Positions 1-9,938 of a stretch of 64,000 nucleotides of DNA are shown here, one piece after another. Origin of the DNA: Candidatus Bathyarchaeota archaeon (GTDB taxonomy: Archaea; Thermoproteota; Bathyarchaeia; Bathyarchaeales; Bathycorpusculaceae). Both the position numbers and the translations under genes were made by a program. Within the stretch, counting starts at the first letter, position 1. Every line of letters starts with the position of its first letter. The stretch spans positions 256,001 to 320,000 of the forward strand of contig CAWHVC010000001.1 in the NCBI GenBank assembly GCA_963832745.1, read 5' to 3'. The notes beneath the pieces were generated by a model. The model worked only from the letters and a program-made list of their open reading frames with translations. It had not been told where the DNA came from and did no database searches.

Positions 1-684
1 AAGGTTTGTAAGCCAAACGCGTGGATTGCGGCTTTGCAAAGCGAATTCTTTAGAAGCAGTAACATAATCGTCTACGCGGCTTATTAGACCGTCAGTTTCC
101 AGTTGCGTCAAAGCGTCATTGTAGCTTTTGAGGGCTTCTTGTTCATCTCTTAGGGTGCTGCCTTCGAGCATGTGCGACATTTCATAGGCAAGCAAAGGAA
201 AAACGCGTATACGTTTAAGCAGTACATCGTAAAGGAAAAACTGCGGTTTGATATTCATGTGATAAATAAGTTCAGGGTAACTAATGGAGAGGTTTTCTAA
301 GGATTCAAGGATCAACCGTTTTTTTAGAATCAATTCTTGAGCATACAGGTAACTTTGTCCCTGCAGGGTTGAATAGGGAAAAATTAGTTTACTTGCGATT
401 GCTTCACCTAAAAAGCCTCGGTCGATATCTCTTTCAAAAACCCATTGATCTACGGCAAAAAGGATTACGTTACGTCCATTGAGAATTTTGAAATAGCTTA
501 ATAGTCGAGGCTGAAAGTTTTTGATGATAACAACTACTTCAAGAATTGATTTGCCGTTTTCTGTTCTGGTTGGGTAAGTATCGATTAAACCTACCGCGGT
601 GACATGTGCAGAACCAGCTGTATGGCATGCTAAATCGATGATTTGCTGTTTTAGCTCGTTTAATTCGGACGTGCCGATGGTCAC
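1..684 (-). CDS. Hypothetical protein, N-terminal part (runs off the window start)
   Basis: Missing from the ORF track because no stop lies in the window. Open frame from GTG at 684 (MTIGTSELNELKQQ...FAVDQWVFERDIDRGFLGEAIASKLIFPY...) down to position 1. Confidence 0.75.
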   Translation of the reverse strand, partial: MTIGTSELNELKQQIIDLACHTAGSAHVTAVGLIDTYPTRTENGKSILEVVVIIKNFQPRLLSYFKILNGRNVILFAVDQWVFERDIDRGFLGEAIASKLIFPYSTLQGQSYLYAQELILKKRLILESLENLSISYPELIYHMNIKPQFFLYDVLLKRIRVFPLLAYEMSHMLEGSTLRDEQEALKSYNDALTQLETDGLISRVDDYVTASKEFALQSRNPRVWLTNL

Positions 685-1077
685 GTGGTCACCTGATGGT
701 GGTTAGAAAGATTTCTGTGTTTTAATTAAACGGTGTATTTAACTAATTAATCTGTCTAAGTTGAAGTGAGAAAAAGCCTTAATTTATGGCTTTTTTTGGT
801 TTTTATGTAGTCGTTGAACAGTTTTTTTTTGTTTAATTGATGTGGGATAAGTTTTTTATCAGACCCCGTGTATTGTTTCTTTAGACACAATAAAGCTTCA
901 AATAAAAGTTCACACTTAAACAAGCTACCCAAACACAACAAAGCACAACCAACAAGAATGCTTGAATGAACAAAAAACCATTAACCACACTAGGGAGAGA
1001 AAAAAACGTCAGAAAAATACAAAAAACAAGTCCAGCAACGCATAATCAGAAACCTACTAGACATCCAACTCTTACGA

Positions 1078-1329
1078 ATGGTAAAAGCCGAATCACTATG
1101 GGGCTACAAAATAAAAAAACAAGTAGAAGCCAACTTTGACGTCAAACTACGACACGGCGCGTTATACCCTGCCCTAAACTCTTTGGAACGCAAAGGATTT
1201 CTTGAAAGCTATAAACAGCAAAAAAATGGTAGAGCACGCAAAATTTACAGCATAACTGAACACGGCAAAGAATACCTGCACGCTTATGACCTTGTTATTA
1301 AGGAACAACTTGAAGCCACAGCAACCTAG
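1078..1329 (+). CDS. PadR-family winged-helix transcriptional regulator (true start probably upstream, ~1006)
   Basis: WGYKIKK...GALYPALNSLERKGFLES...RKIYSITEHG PadR signature. The in-frame upstream segment QRIIRNLLDIQLL supplies helix 1. Confidence 0.9.
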   Translation: MVKAESLWGYKIKKQVEANFDVKLRHGALYPALNSLERKGFLESYKQQKNGRARKIYSITEHGKEYLHAYDLVIKEQLEATAT

Positions 1330-1459
1330 ATAGCGGTTGTTGAGCCAGGTTTTTTGGTTTTTGAGCAACCTTTTTAGTGCAAGCTTTATAAGCTTTCCGC
1401 GTCTCGATAAAAAAGCTTTTATTCTTAATTATGTGACAGAAAAATAGAGGAAAAAGCAA

Positions 1460-2113
1460 ATGACTTTGGAAACAAGCAAAATTTTAGGCGGCATCGGCGC
1501 GTTACTGATGTTTCTTGGGATACTGCCATACATTGGCTACTTCGGTATAGTGGAAATCATCGGCGTCATCCTTGTTCTTGTCAGCCTTAACGGTTTGGCT
1601 AACTTTTACAAGGACAGAGGCATCTTTAGCAATGCAATCTTCGGTGTTTTATCGGCAATTGTTGGCGCCATCATTTCGGGAGTAGTCGTGGCTGTAACTG
1701 TTTTAACTTCATTAACGGATTTCCTGTACCAGGTTTATCCGGATTGGAACGGCGACTGGACAACCCTGCAGGGGTTAACACCAAATACTGCTAACATTGA
1801 TCCGTCGGCTATAATTCCATTTATTACTGGACTGCTGCTGGTTTTCGTTGTAGTTTGGGTGTTTGCAATAATCACAGCGTTCTTCGTAAGACGTTCATTA
1901 AAAGAGCTCGCCGTCCGTTCAGGCACAGGCTTATTCTCAACCGCAGGTTTGCTGCTGCTTATCGGTGCAGTACTTATTATAATCTTCGGCTTAGGCATAC
2001 TACTGGTCTGGATAGCTATACTAATACTTGCAATCGCGTTCTTCACAATGAAAGCACCTGAACCTGTCCCGCCCCCACAAGCAAATGTGACTCCACCGCC
2101 AACATCAGTCTAA
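1460..2113 (+). CDS. DUF996-family membrane protein
   Basis: SKILGGIGALL start, LKELAVRSGTGLFSTAG motif, ~5 TM helices, Pro-rich tail; SD-like GAGG upstream. Confidence 0.8.
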   Translation: MTLETSKILGGIGALLMFLGILPYIGYFGIVEIIGVILVLVSLNGLANFYKDRGIFSNAIFGVLSAIVGAIISGVVVAVTVLTSLTDFLYQVYPDWNGDWTTLQGLTPNTANIDPSAIIPFITGLLLVFVVVWVFAIITAFFVRRSLKELAVRSGTGLFSTAGLLLLIGAVLIIIFGLGILLVWIAILILAIAFFTMKAPEPVPPPQANVTPPPTSV

Positions 2114-2183
2114 AAATTCTAAAAACAACCCCTTTTTATTTTTTTAAACAATCCATTAAAGTCTTCAACATTTTAACGTCGTA

Positions 2184-2315
2184 TTTCAGCCATTACTGAC
2201 CTAGCCCCTTAGGTTTCTGCACACTATTTCTATTAGGATCCAAATAGGCTGGTGTTAAGGTACCCCCCTTCTACCTTTTCTACAATGATTGGATAGTAGG
2301 CTCCAAATAGACTGG
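2184..2315 (-). repeat. Dispersed intergenic repeat (one full copy plus a degenerate tandem copy, 63-nt period)
   Basis: Reverse complement of 2210-2252 matches 45182-45224 at 38/43 nt. 2297-2315 matches the first 19 nt of the unit at 17/19. Confidence 0.75.
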
Positions 2316-2338
2316 CTTTCTAGTTTTATGTTTCCTTT

Positions 2339-2632
2339 TTAGTCTTTCTGGTTTTCTTTGAGTTTTCGGTACTCTTGTTCAGTCATTCTATCAACGACGC
2401 CGGTCCGTGCAAAAACTGTTAAGCCATGCGCTACAAGCCCGATTCCCCAAAAAGCCAGCGGAAAAAGAAACCAAGGAAAACCGTTAACGGGCAGTGTAAT
2501 GAAGTACCAAATGAAAAACAGTACAAGGTTAACTGCACAGTAAACGGTAAAATGTACATAGAAACCTAGTTTTGCTTCAACCCTTTCTCTTGCTTTACGC
2601 CTTAACTCATCATCAGAACTCAAAGCCAACAC
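2339..2632 (-). CDS. 2TM-domain membrane protein
   Basis: ARERVEAKLGFYVHFTVY...WFLFPLAFWGIGLVAHGL is typical of the 2TM family. Confidence 0.85.
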   Translation of the reverse strand: MLALSSDDELRRKARERVEAKLGFYVHFTVYCAVNLVLFFIWYFITLPVNGFPWFLFPLAFWGIGLVAHGLTVFARTGVVDRMTEQEYRKLKENQKD

Positions 2633-2720
2633 GCCTAAAACCTATTATACACTATGCGCTTAAGAATTTTACATCGAGTTTATACGATGCATTTATTGCC
2701 TGCCTTTACGGAATACGTTT

Positions 2721-3037
2721 GGGCTGGCGAGTTGGTGTGTGGCTTTCGGATCCAGTTTACTGGGTCTGAGGAAACTCCGCCCACACGTAGAATTGCAGCA
2801 CCTCTCGGGTGCAAGGTGAGAACCTTGGCAACGGAGCAGAAACGACACGTCCAACCAGAGCTTAACGGATGAGGCACCATAAAATGCCGACCATGCTGGT
2901 TTGGAAGCGGTGAAACGGCCGTCCTGCAAGTGGAAAGGGCAAACAGTCGCTGATGACCCTCTACAGGAGGCGCGGGTAGCCCGATTAGCCGAATGCCACT
3001 TAAACAAAAGGCGGGTTACATCCAACACACCACGCCC
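2721..3037 (+). ncRNA. rnpB: Archaeal RNase P RNA
   Basis: GC-rich island with the conserved regions GAGGAAACTCCGCC, GCAGAAAC, GTGAAACGGC and AACAAAAGGCGGGTTA (P4 pairing CTCCGCC/GGCGGG). The ends are approximately complementary; boundaries are approximate. Confidence 0.93.
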
Positions 3038-3062
3038 ACTCTTTTACGCCTTATACCCTCTA

Positions 3063-3101
3063 AATCCCCGTTTCCCTATCTTAGGGAACAAAAGGGGACT
3101 T
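3063..3101. terminator. Imperfect hairpin downstream of rnpB
   Basis: TCCCC.TTTCCCT-ATCTT-AGGGAAC..AAGGGGA inverted repeat just after the RNA gene. Confidence 0.35.
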
Positions 3102-3187
3102 ACTTGATTCTAGAAAAAGTTTGACTAATCAAGTCAAGAATGTTTTACTGCAACCTTTTTATCGATAGAAAAAATTGAAATAGTGTT

Positions 3188-4690
3188 ATGAAGCAACTGT
3201 TAACAGGAACTGCAATAGCCCTTTTAGCAATCATGTTATTTGCGCTAATGCCTTTTTCTAACGCTTCCTCAGATGAGATACAGGTGCAGTGGGAAAAAGA
3301 GTACAATGCTGGTTATATGAAGGGGTATATTGGGGAAAACGTTATTCAAACTTTTGATGGCGGATTTGCGATTGCTGGGAGAGAAACAGAGTATCAAGTT
3401 GCATCAAGAGGACCAGGAAGCTGGGTTAGCAAAAACGGAATAGTACTAAAATGCGATTCAGCAGGAAATCTTGAATGGAAAAGAAATTATACCGAATCTC
3501 GAATGCTTAATTCGATAATACAAACATCAGACGGCGGATATGCCTTATCAGGCACCACTGAATCATGGGCTGAATCTTGGTTTGCCAAAACGGACTCAAA
3601 CGGAAATGTTCAATGGAGCAAAACTTTTTTGAGTCAACCAGGATACCAATTTGAAACAGTTCAAGCTGAGCATGAAGGTTTTCTAATTGGGGGATACTTG
3701 CGTTTAACAGATGACCAATACACTGCTGTTCTCTTAAAAATTGATGCAAACGGCAATCTGCTATGGAATAAAACATACACAAAATATGATTGTTTTAGGT
3801 CCATAAAATCGGTTGACAATGGATATGTTATGTTGGGAATAACAAATTTAGGATCATGGCCAGGTGAAGCTTCGAAGGCTATCAAGATTAGTTTCGAAGG
3901 GGCAATTATGTGGGAGAAAAATTACGATGTTAACAGCAGAGAATTATTTTATGTGGTCAGCAACTGCAGCGATAGGGGATATATACTGAGCGGTAGAATA
4001 TCAGCAGCTAATAACAATCAACAAGATATCGCTTTGCTAGTTAAAACGGATGCTAATGGGAATTTAGAGTGGCGACAAACTTATGAGATTTACCCCAATA
4101 GCGTTTATAGGGAAGATTTTGGTCTCGACGAAACGTATAGTCAAGGGTTTGTTAATGTGTTACAGACAGTGGATGGAGGATATGTTGCAGCTGGTTACTT
4201 GTTTGAGGGACGTAAGTATACTGGTAGTTGGTTATTATTCGTCAAAACTGATGAACAGGGGAACTTGTTAGGGCATTTAAGATATAACTCTACTGATAGC
4301 ACCCCAAGCAACTATTACCAATTTGGGGATAATAAGTTCGATTCATTAGTTGCCCAAAACGAAAACCAATTTGCTGTACTATTTACCTATGAGGACAATA
4401 CTGCAAAAATGGTTTCTTTTACCGTAGAGTTAGGCGCCCAAAGGTTGTCTTCTCCTATGCCTACCGAGAAGCCTGCAAACGGATTGCCCGATTATGTACT
4501 AATCATTATACCTGCTGTTATATTACCAACCATTTTAGGATTTGTCATTTTATACTTTAAGAAACATAAGCAGGGATTGACTACAAATAATTACCAAACC
4601 AAGATAGCCTCAAAAATGGATGGAAAAAAGTGTACTTTTACCAAAATTTTCTTTTTCCTAGATTGTGCTCTTTTTATTGGTTATTTTTAG
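3188..4690 (+). CDS. Secreted, membrane-anchored beta-propeller-like repeat protein
   Basis: Signal peptide; repeated (T/S)DGGY(A/I)L(S/A)G...KTDxNGNxxWxKTY blades; C-terminal TM helix plus YFKKHK. Confidence 0.8.
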   Translation: MKQLLTGTAIALLAIMLFALMPFSNASSDEIQVQWEKEYNAGYMKGYIGENVIQTFDGGFAIAGRETEYQVASRGPGSWVSKNGIVLKCDSAGNLEWKRNYTESRMLNSIIQTSDGGYALSGTTESWAESWFAKTDSNGNVQWSKTFLSQPGYQFETVQAEHEGFLIGGYLRLTDDQYTAVLLKIDANGNLLWNKTYTKYDCFRSIKSVDNGYVMLGITNLGSWPGEASKAIKISFEGAIMWEKNYDVNSRELFYVVSNCSDRGYILSGRISAANNNQQDIALLVKTDANGNLEWRQTYEIYPNSVYREDFGLDETYSQGFVNVLQTVDGGYVAAGYLFEGRKYTGSWLLFVKTDEQGNLLGHLRYNSTDSTPSNYYQFGDNKFDSLVAQNENQFAVLFTYEDNTAKMVSFTVELGAQRLSSPMPTEKPANGLPDYVLIIIPAVILPTILGFVILYFKKHKQGLTTNNYQTKIASKMDGKKCTFTKIFFFLDCALFIGYF

Positions 4691-4938
4691 AAGGCATCGA
4701 AAAACCGCTAAAACTCAGGTTAATGGGGTAGCATAGACCGTCTAAAAGCTTATAACTAGACTAACCGTATAGGGAGTTAGGGATTTTATATGAGGGAAGA
4801 AGGTAAAAAAGTACTAAACCCAAAGGTGGGTTATGTCCAACACGTCAAGCACACTTTTCCCTTCAGCAACTTAACGACATCTTCTCGCTCAATAGTACTT
4901 ATTTGAAATCTGTAAAACAGAAATAGCAAAACTAACAA

Positions 4939-5316
4939 GTGATAAATGAAACTTCAATGAAAGATAAGGCTGAGCATATTTCTACTTGGGTATTGGAGCT
5001 GATTCGTGAGGAAGACCGTGCTAAAGTTCGAAAAGAAAAAGCTCGTCAACCGCAGGAAGATAAGCATCATTGTTCTAAATGTAAAAAGGGTTTTTCAGAA
5101 CCAAAACTGATTCAATATTACGCGTGTCCACATTGTGAAAGTAAATACGAGCAAGAACAAAAGAAAACTTGTCAACACTGGTTTGGTTTTCTTACTCAAA
5201 AAGACTCGAATCAACCGTTACCTCCTGAATGTGTTGAATGTGACAAAGTACTGGATTGCATGTTAGGTAATCAAACTACAGCAAATGCGGTCTCACAAAT
5301 TAAAAAATGGTACTAA
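4939..5316 (+). CDS. Cys-rich putative zinc-finger protein
   Basis: CSKC, CPHC, C..CVEC..C clusters; ends in IKKWY. Confidence 0.7.
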   Translation: MINETSMKDKAEHISTWVLELIREEDRAKVRKEKARQPQEDKHHCSKCKKGFSEPKLIQYYACPHCESKYEQEQKKTCQHWFGFLTQKDSNQPLPPECVECDKVLDCMLGNQTTANAVSQIKKWY

Positions 5317-5423
5317 TTTTGTCTCTAAAAATAACTTTTCATAATTTTTGACCATTTACGGCTAACACATCCTATTTTGTACATTTTGAAAAAAACCACA
5401 TTTCCAAAGAATTAAAACATTTT

Positions 5424-5663
5424 TCAACTGAGCACTATGCCTTTTGGTTCTTCAGACACTTTTAAGCCGTGTTTTTGCGCTATGGCTGTAACTAACTGTT
5501 TTCTAGTGGTTGACAAAAAAGACTTTATGCAGATCGAATAGTCGTTAAGTTTGAGTGTTTGTATTTCAATTAACGTTTCTTCAGGACTGTTCTCTTTTAA
5601 GGCTTTAGTTATTTCGTTTAAAACCGTGTTAGCCTCGGCCCAATCCATTATAATCAACTTCAA
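5424..5663 (-). CDS. Hypothetical protein
   Basis: 79-aa ORF with plausible globular composition and no overlap with other genes. Confidence 0.6.
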   Translation of the reverse strand: MKLIIMDWAEANTVLNEITKALKENSPEETLIEIQTLKLNDYSICIKSFLSTTRKQLVTAIAQKHGLKVSEEPKGIVLS

Positions 5664-5785
5664 GTTAGGTAATTAAGAACGGTCAAGTTTATTTTGATAT
5701 TGTGGTTGATTCTTAACGCCTACAAAGCGAAATATAACCGATTTAATCTCTTTTTGGTGATGTCTTCGCTTGTAACAATGAGGTA

Positions 5786-6010
5786 TTGTTAATGACTAAG
5801 TTACCCGATTCAGTACCTTACAACATTAAGGTGTCCTTTTTTGAGTATCAACGCAAGGAATGGGAAAAAGTCCTTGAATCGTCAAAGAATAGCTCAATTG
5901 GAGAAGAACAATCAGATAGTGCACAGCATTGGGTAAGTGTAAATAGGTACGCTTTAGAAAAAATAGAAGAAATTGATAAGAAAATAGAAGAACTGAAAAC
6001 TAGCCGTTAA
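5786..6010 (+). CDS. Hypothetical coiled-coil protein
   Basis: SD-like GAGGT upstream; helical ALEKIEEIDKKIEELK. Confidence 0.6.
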   Translation: MLMTKLPDSVPYNIKVSFFEYQRKEWEKVLESSKNSSIGEEQSDSAQHWVSVNRYALEKIEEIDKKIEELKTSR

Positions 6011-6243
6011 ATCCTTAGACAGAGCAACTCTGCTCAAGCAAAGGTTCAATCAATTTGAACACTGTATTTCTATTGCCCTTCTGGAAGCCACCAGCCGTTT
6101 CCAGGTTCAAATTACAAAAAATTAGCATGATTAAATTTTGCCCTAAAGAAAAACAATAAAAAAAATGAATAATTTAAATTGTACTATGAACTTACCCATA
6201 CCTTCATCAATTAAATTGATTCAAGTAAATAGGACCTGTTAGA

Positions 6244-6387
6244 ATGGCTTATCATCCGCTCAGCGACTTAACCGGTAACCCATTAGTTGGAGTAGTAATA
6301 GTCATAATAATTATAGTAGTAACATTTGGCATACGTTATTATCGAAACCGCGCAGGTTCCAAACCCAACAATACGCTTAAAAAATAA
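6244..6387 (+). CDS. Small single-TM protein (47 aa)
   Basis: Below the ORF-track cutoff: MAYHPLSDLTGNPLVGVVIVIIIIVVTFGIRYYRNRAGSKPNNTLKK, a TM helix followed by a basic tail. Confidence 0.55.
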   Translation: MAYHPLSDLTGNPLVGVVIVIIIIVVTFGIRYYRNRAGSKPNNTLKK

Positions 6388-6537
6388 CCTTTGCACATTT
6401 TAGGCAACAAAAAATTTACAAAGAAAAAATCACGGTTCCCTAAAATTTTTCTCCTCACAAGCAAGGGCTGTGTTCAATCGGCACCGTGGGCATTAAACTT
6501 AAATCCGCTCCCTCACCTACTATGTATGGGGTAAAAA

Positions 6538-6684
6538 ATGCCAACAGAATGTAAAAACTGTAAAAAAATAGTTGAACCCATATTCAAAATGGATGAAGGC
6601 ATTAACCGCCATGTTTGCCCTGAATGCGGTTGCGTAATAGACGCATGCACGGATAACATACAAGTTATAGGACGAGACATGTAG
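6538..6684 (+). CDS. Zinc-finger microprotein (48 aa)
   Basis: MPTECKNCKK...HVCPECGCVID; SD GGGGT and TATA-like CTTAAA upstream. Confidence 0.75.
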   Translation: MPTECKNCKKIVEPIFKMDEGINRHVCPECGCVIDACTDNIQVIGRDM

Positions 6685-6830
6685 CAGTTTTACGGCTGCT
6701 TAAACCAAAGAACAACAAGGAACTCTGCAAAGGTAAACAGACACTATAAAGAATTAGTCATAACCCTATGTCAGATGAAATATTTTGCTCTTAAATGAGG
6801 GTTTTTAAAATTAATGAACTATTAAAATGG

Positions 6831-7193
6831 TTATGCTTTGCTTTTCAGCCAGTCCATTGCTTCTAAACGTGAGCTAAAACCTGTGAAAGGCATCGACGCA
6901 TTTGTTGTTACATTGGACACTATTATACTTAGAAGTTTACAGGCGCCTACTATTGCCATCGCTTTAACGTAAGGTTCAACCTTTGGGGCTATTTGCATCC
7001 AAGAATCTACGCTTTGCTTATCAAATTGGCAATCTGTCAAATCAATCAGTAGTAACGAATTTTTTGGAGGACACTTAGACAAGCCTTTCAAAAGCTCCAT
7101 TGCAGTCTCCATTGCTTGTTTAGGCGTTGTATTTGACATGTCCGATAACATTATAGCAGTTCCTTTATGGTCTACCATTGTTAATGAAGTCAT
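6831..7193 (-). CDS. STAS/SEC14 (SpoIIAA-like) domain protein
   Basis: LLLIDLTD...VKAMAIVG...FSSRLEAMDWL pattern. Confidence 0.7.
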   Translation of the reverse strand: MTSLTMVDHKGTAIMLSDMSNTTPKQAMETAMELLKGLSKCPPKNSLLLIDLTDCQFDKQSVDSWMQIAPKVEPYVKAMAIVGACKLLSIIVSNVTTNASMPFTGFSSRLEAMDWLKSKA

Positions 7194-7457
7194 ACGATAA
7201 CCTTGACGAAAGAATTTAGGTAAAAGTGCTATTTAGTAATTATGGATTCTAAATTAGTGACAAAAGAACACCCAAGACCGTGAAACTAAGGGACACCGCC
7301 GCCAGTTACTTAATCAATTAATCACCAAAATCGTGTGGCAAGCTTTTATGAAAACATAAAATGAATCAAAAATTCATAACGATTTTATAACAATTTTGTA
7401 TAATTTAACATTTGAATTGTACAATTAGATCTTCCTAAGTCATTAAGAGAGATAATC

Positions 7458-8534
7458 TTGGAACCAAAATCACCAATAGAAAAAAATTTCCACGCTAACT
7501 TACTTGACCACATTGGACAAGCAGTCATGATGGTAAATATAAACAGGAAAGTTTCTTTTTGGAATACAGCTTCCGAAAAACTCTTCGGTTGGACAAAAAC
7601 ACAAGCATTAAATCAGGATGTAGTCGAAGTTTTAGCAGGCGCAGAGGCAGAAAATGAAGTTGAGTCCATAACAAAATGGTTAACTTCTAAAGAAGCAATC
7701 ACAACTGAATATTTGGCTCAACGAAAAGACGGGTCATTGGTTCCAATTCTTGTTAACTGCTCACCAGTTTATGATGAGACAAGCGTTTACAGTGGTTCCG
7801 TAGTTAGTGCCATAGATATTACTGAACAGAAAACGATTGAGAAAGAAATGACGGTGGCACTAGAGTATTTGTCAGTTAACATTGATAAGGTTGAAGAGTT
7901 AAATGAAAAGTTACGAGTCGTCGGCAGTTTAACCAGGCATGACGTACGTAACAAGCTTAGCTCCGTAACAGGTTACTCCTATATTCTCAAAAAGAGACAT
8001 TATGATTTGGCTGACGTTGTCGAAGGACTTGACAAAATGTCTCAAGCAGTTCAGGATTCCATGAAAATTTTTGAAATCGCCAACACGTATGAACAGGTGG
8101 GTGTTGAAGAATTGGTTGACATGGATGTCGGGAAAGTTGTTGACGAAGCCGTTGCAATGTTCCCTGATTTATCCTTCACAATAGTAAATGATTGTCAGGG
8201 CTTATTTGTTCGGGCTGATTCTTTGTTAAGACAACTTGTCTTCAATTTTATTGATAACACAAGGAAATACGGCAAAATAACAAAAACTGTTAGGGTTCAC
8301 TTTAAGAAGACTGTTTCTGGCGATTTGCAACTGATTTATGAAGATGACGGCTTAGGCATACCTAAAGAGAACAAAGAGCAACTCTTTAAAAAAGGCTTCA
8401 GCACTGGAGGCAGCACTGGCTTTGGATTATTTTTATCAAAGAAAATAATACAAGTTTATGGCTGGAGTATAAGAGAAGAAGGAGAAGCCGGTAAAGGCAC
8501 AAAACTGGTAATGACGATCCCCACCACTAACTAA
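7458..8534 (+). CDS. PAS-domain sensor histidine kinase
   Basis: PAS (WNTASEKLFGW...RKDGS), H-box RHDVRNKL, N-box NFIDNTRKYG, EDDGLGI, GTGFGL. Confidence 0.92.
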   Translation: MEPKSPIEKNFHANLLDHIGQAVMMVNINRKVSFWNTASEKLFGWTKTQALNQDVVEVLAGAEAENEVESITKWLTSKEAITTEYLAQRKDGSLVPILVNCSPVYDETSVYSGSVVSAIDITEQKTIEKEMTVALEYLSVNIDKVEELNEKLRVVGSLTRHDVRNKLSSVTGYSYILKKRHYDLADVVEGLDKMSQAVQDSMKIFEIANTYEQVGVEELVDMDVGKVVDEAVAMFPDLSFTIVNDCQGLFVRADSLLRQLVFNFIDNTRKYGKITKTVRVHFKKTVSGDLQLIYEDDGLGIPKENKEQLFKKGFSTGGSTGFGLFLSKKIIQVYGWSIREEGEAGKGTKLVMTIPTTN

Positions 8535-8552
8535 AAACATGCCTTTTCTTAT

Positions 8553-9104
8553 TTAAACTGGAATTGGCACAGTTCTTGATGTTTCACCATTTAGCTTCTT
8601 CAGCAAGTCAATTGTTGCTGCACAAAAATCAGGTAAATCCGCAGGCCAACGCGACGTAACTATGTTTCCGTCAGTTACAGCGGATTTATCAACAACCACG
8701 TTTGCGCCAGCATTTTTTAAGTCAGTGCGGACGGACGGCCAACTAGTCATCGTTTTCCCACATACTATCTCTGCTGAAATCAAAACTTGAGGGCCATGAC
8801 AAACTGCTGCTATCGCTATGTTTTTCTTGTTTACCTCTTTAACAATGCTAACTAAACCTTCGTTTACCCGCATCTTATCAGGAGCCCTTCCTCCTGGTAT
8901 TATGACAGCGTCGTATTCGTTAATGTTGATTTGTTCTGGAGAAAATTCGGACATGAAGGATACGCCGTGCTCGCCGGTGTAGACGTGATTAGTTTTTGGG
9001 GCAACGATATCCATTTTGTAGCCTTCCTCTTGGAAGCGGTAGTATGGGTAGATGAACTCTGAATCTTCAAAGCCATTTTCTAAAAATATGAGTATTTTCT
9101 TCAT
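8553..9104 (-). CDS. pfpI: PfpI/DJ-1 family intracellular protease/deglycase
   Basis: GFEDSE, IIPGGRAPD, AAVCHGPQ nucleophile elbow, DGNIVTSR. Confidence 0.92.
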   Translation of the reverse strand: MKKILIFLENGFEDSEFIYPYYRFQEEGYKMDIVAPKTNHVYTGEHGVSFMSEFSPEQININEYDAVIIPGGRAPDKMRVNEGLVSIVKEVNKKNIAIAAVCHGPQVLISAEIVCGKTMTSWPSVRTDLKNAGANVVVDKSAVTDGNIVTSRWPADLPDFCAATIDLLKKLNGETSRTVPIPV

Positions 9105-9311
9105 AAAATTCGCTGTTGAATGATTTGCAGTACTCTAAAAAAAGGCTGGTTGGTTCATCCTGTTTTAACAAAAAGCTTGAATTTGTACTATTAGCTATAA
9201 ATGAAGATAACGCAAAAACGTTAAGCCCTAAAGCCTGATTATAGCTAGCACTTGTAGCAGAACCTTCTGGGTTTGTGCAAGCATTATTTTTTTTTAAGCC
9301 TTCAAACTGGC

Positions 9312-9437
9312 TTAATTTGTTGGGCAATTTTTTGTTGGATTGTACCATTGCCTGATTGCTTTTGCTGCAGTTTCTGAATAACCTTGTTCAGGGAGTTTGT
9401 TAAGTGCTTCTTTAGATTTTGACTTTTCATTAACCAT
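9312..9437 (-). CDS. Small protein (41 aa), GYS..WY family
   Basis: MVNEKSKSKEALNKLPEQGYSETAAKAIRQWYNPTKNCPTN with SD GAGGT; similar to 12066..12251. Confidence 0.55.
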   Translation of the reverse strand: MVNEKSKSKEALNKLPEQGYSETAAKAIRQWYNPTKNCPTN

Positions 9438-9938
9438 TTCAAAAACCTCAAATCACATGCAATAACACTTTTTAATCCTTGTATGATATAACACAATCAG
9501 CAATAATATGTCTTCATTATGATAAACAGCCTAACTGTTTTACAGATAAGGTAAGTAATTTGCTTAAAAAACGCAAATAATGCCTAAGCAAACGTTATTT
9601 TAAGCAACTTTAAATCAAAACCAACTGGTGGTTTGTAGAACATTGATTATTTGTCCTCACCAAACGGTAAAAAATTAGACGCTGCACGCTCTGCAAACGA
9701 ATAACGGTGAGCAAACGCTGTCATTTTTTGTTGCCAAAGACATATTCGCCCCTAGCACACCAAATTGTTTAAGCTATAACCGCTTTAAACCGCACAATTT
9801 CTACATCATCATGTTGGGTATTTCTTGAATAATTCAAAACACTGTAGATAATGGCTGTATCGATTGATGTTAAAGATTATTAAGCACAAAATATACCTTG
9901 AAAATTATGGCTGAGGTTACAAATAATGCGAACGAGGT

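Noticed and set aside
2572-3107. Five short overlapping ORFs (65-111 aa)
   Set aside because: They are by-products of the GC-rich RNase P RNA gene.
4570-4690. Extra ~40-aa tail after YFKKHK in the 500-aa surface protein as a functional domain
   Set aside because: Low-complexity, intergenic-like composition; probably a lost stop codon.
9067-9496. ORFs 9067..9348 and 9302..9496 as a frameshifted gene
   Set aside because: Neither looks protein-like; the third frame holds the SD-preceded 41-aa ORF with a paralog in the window.
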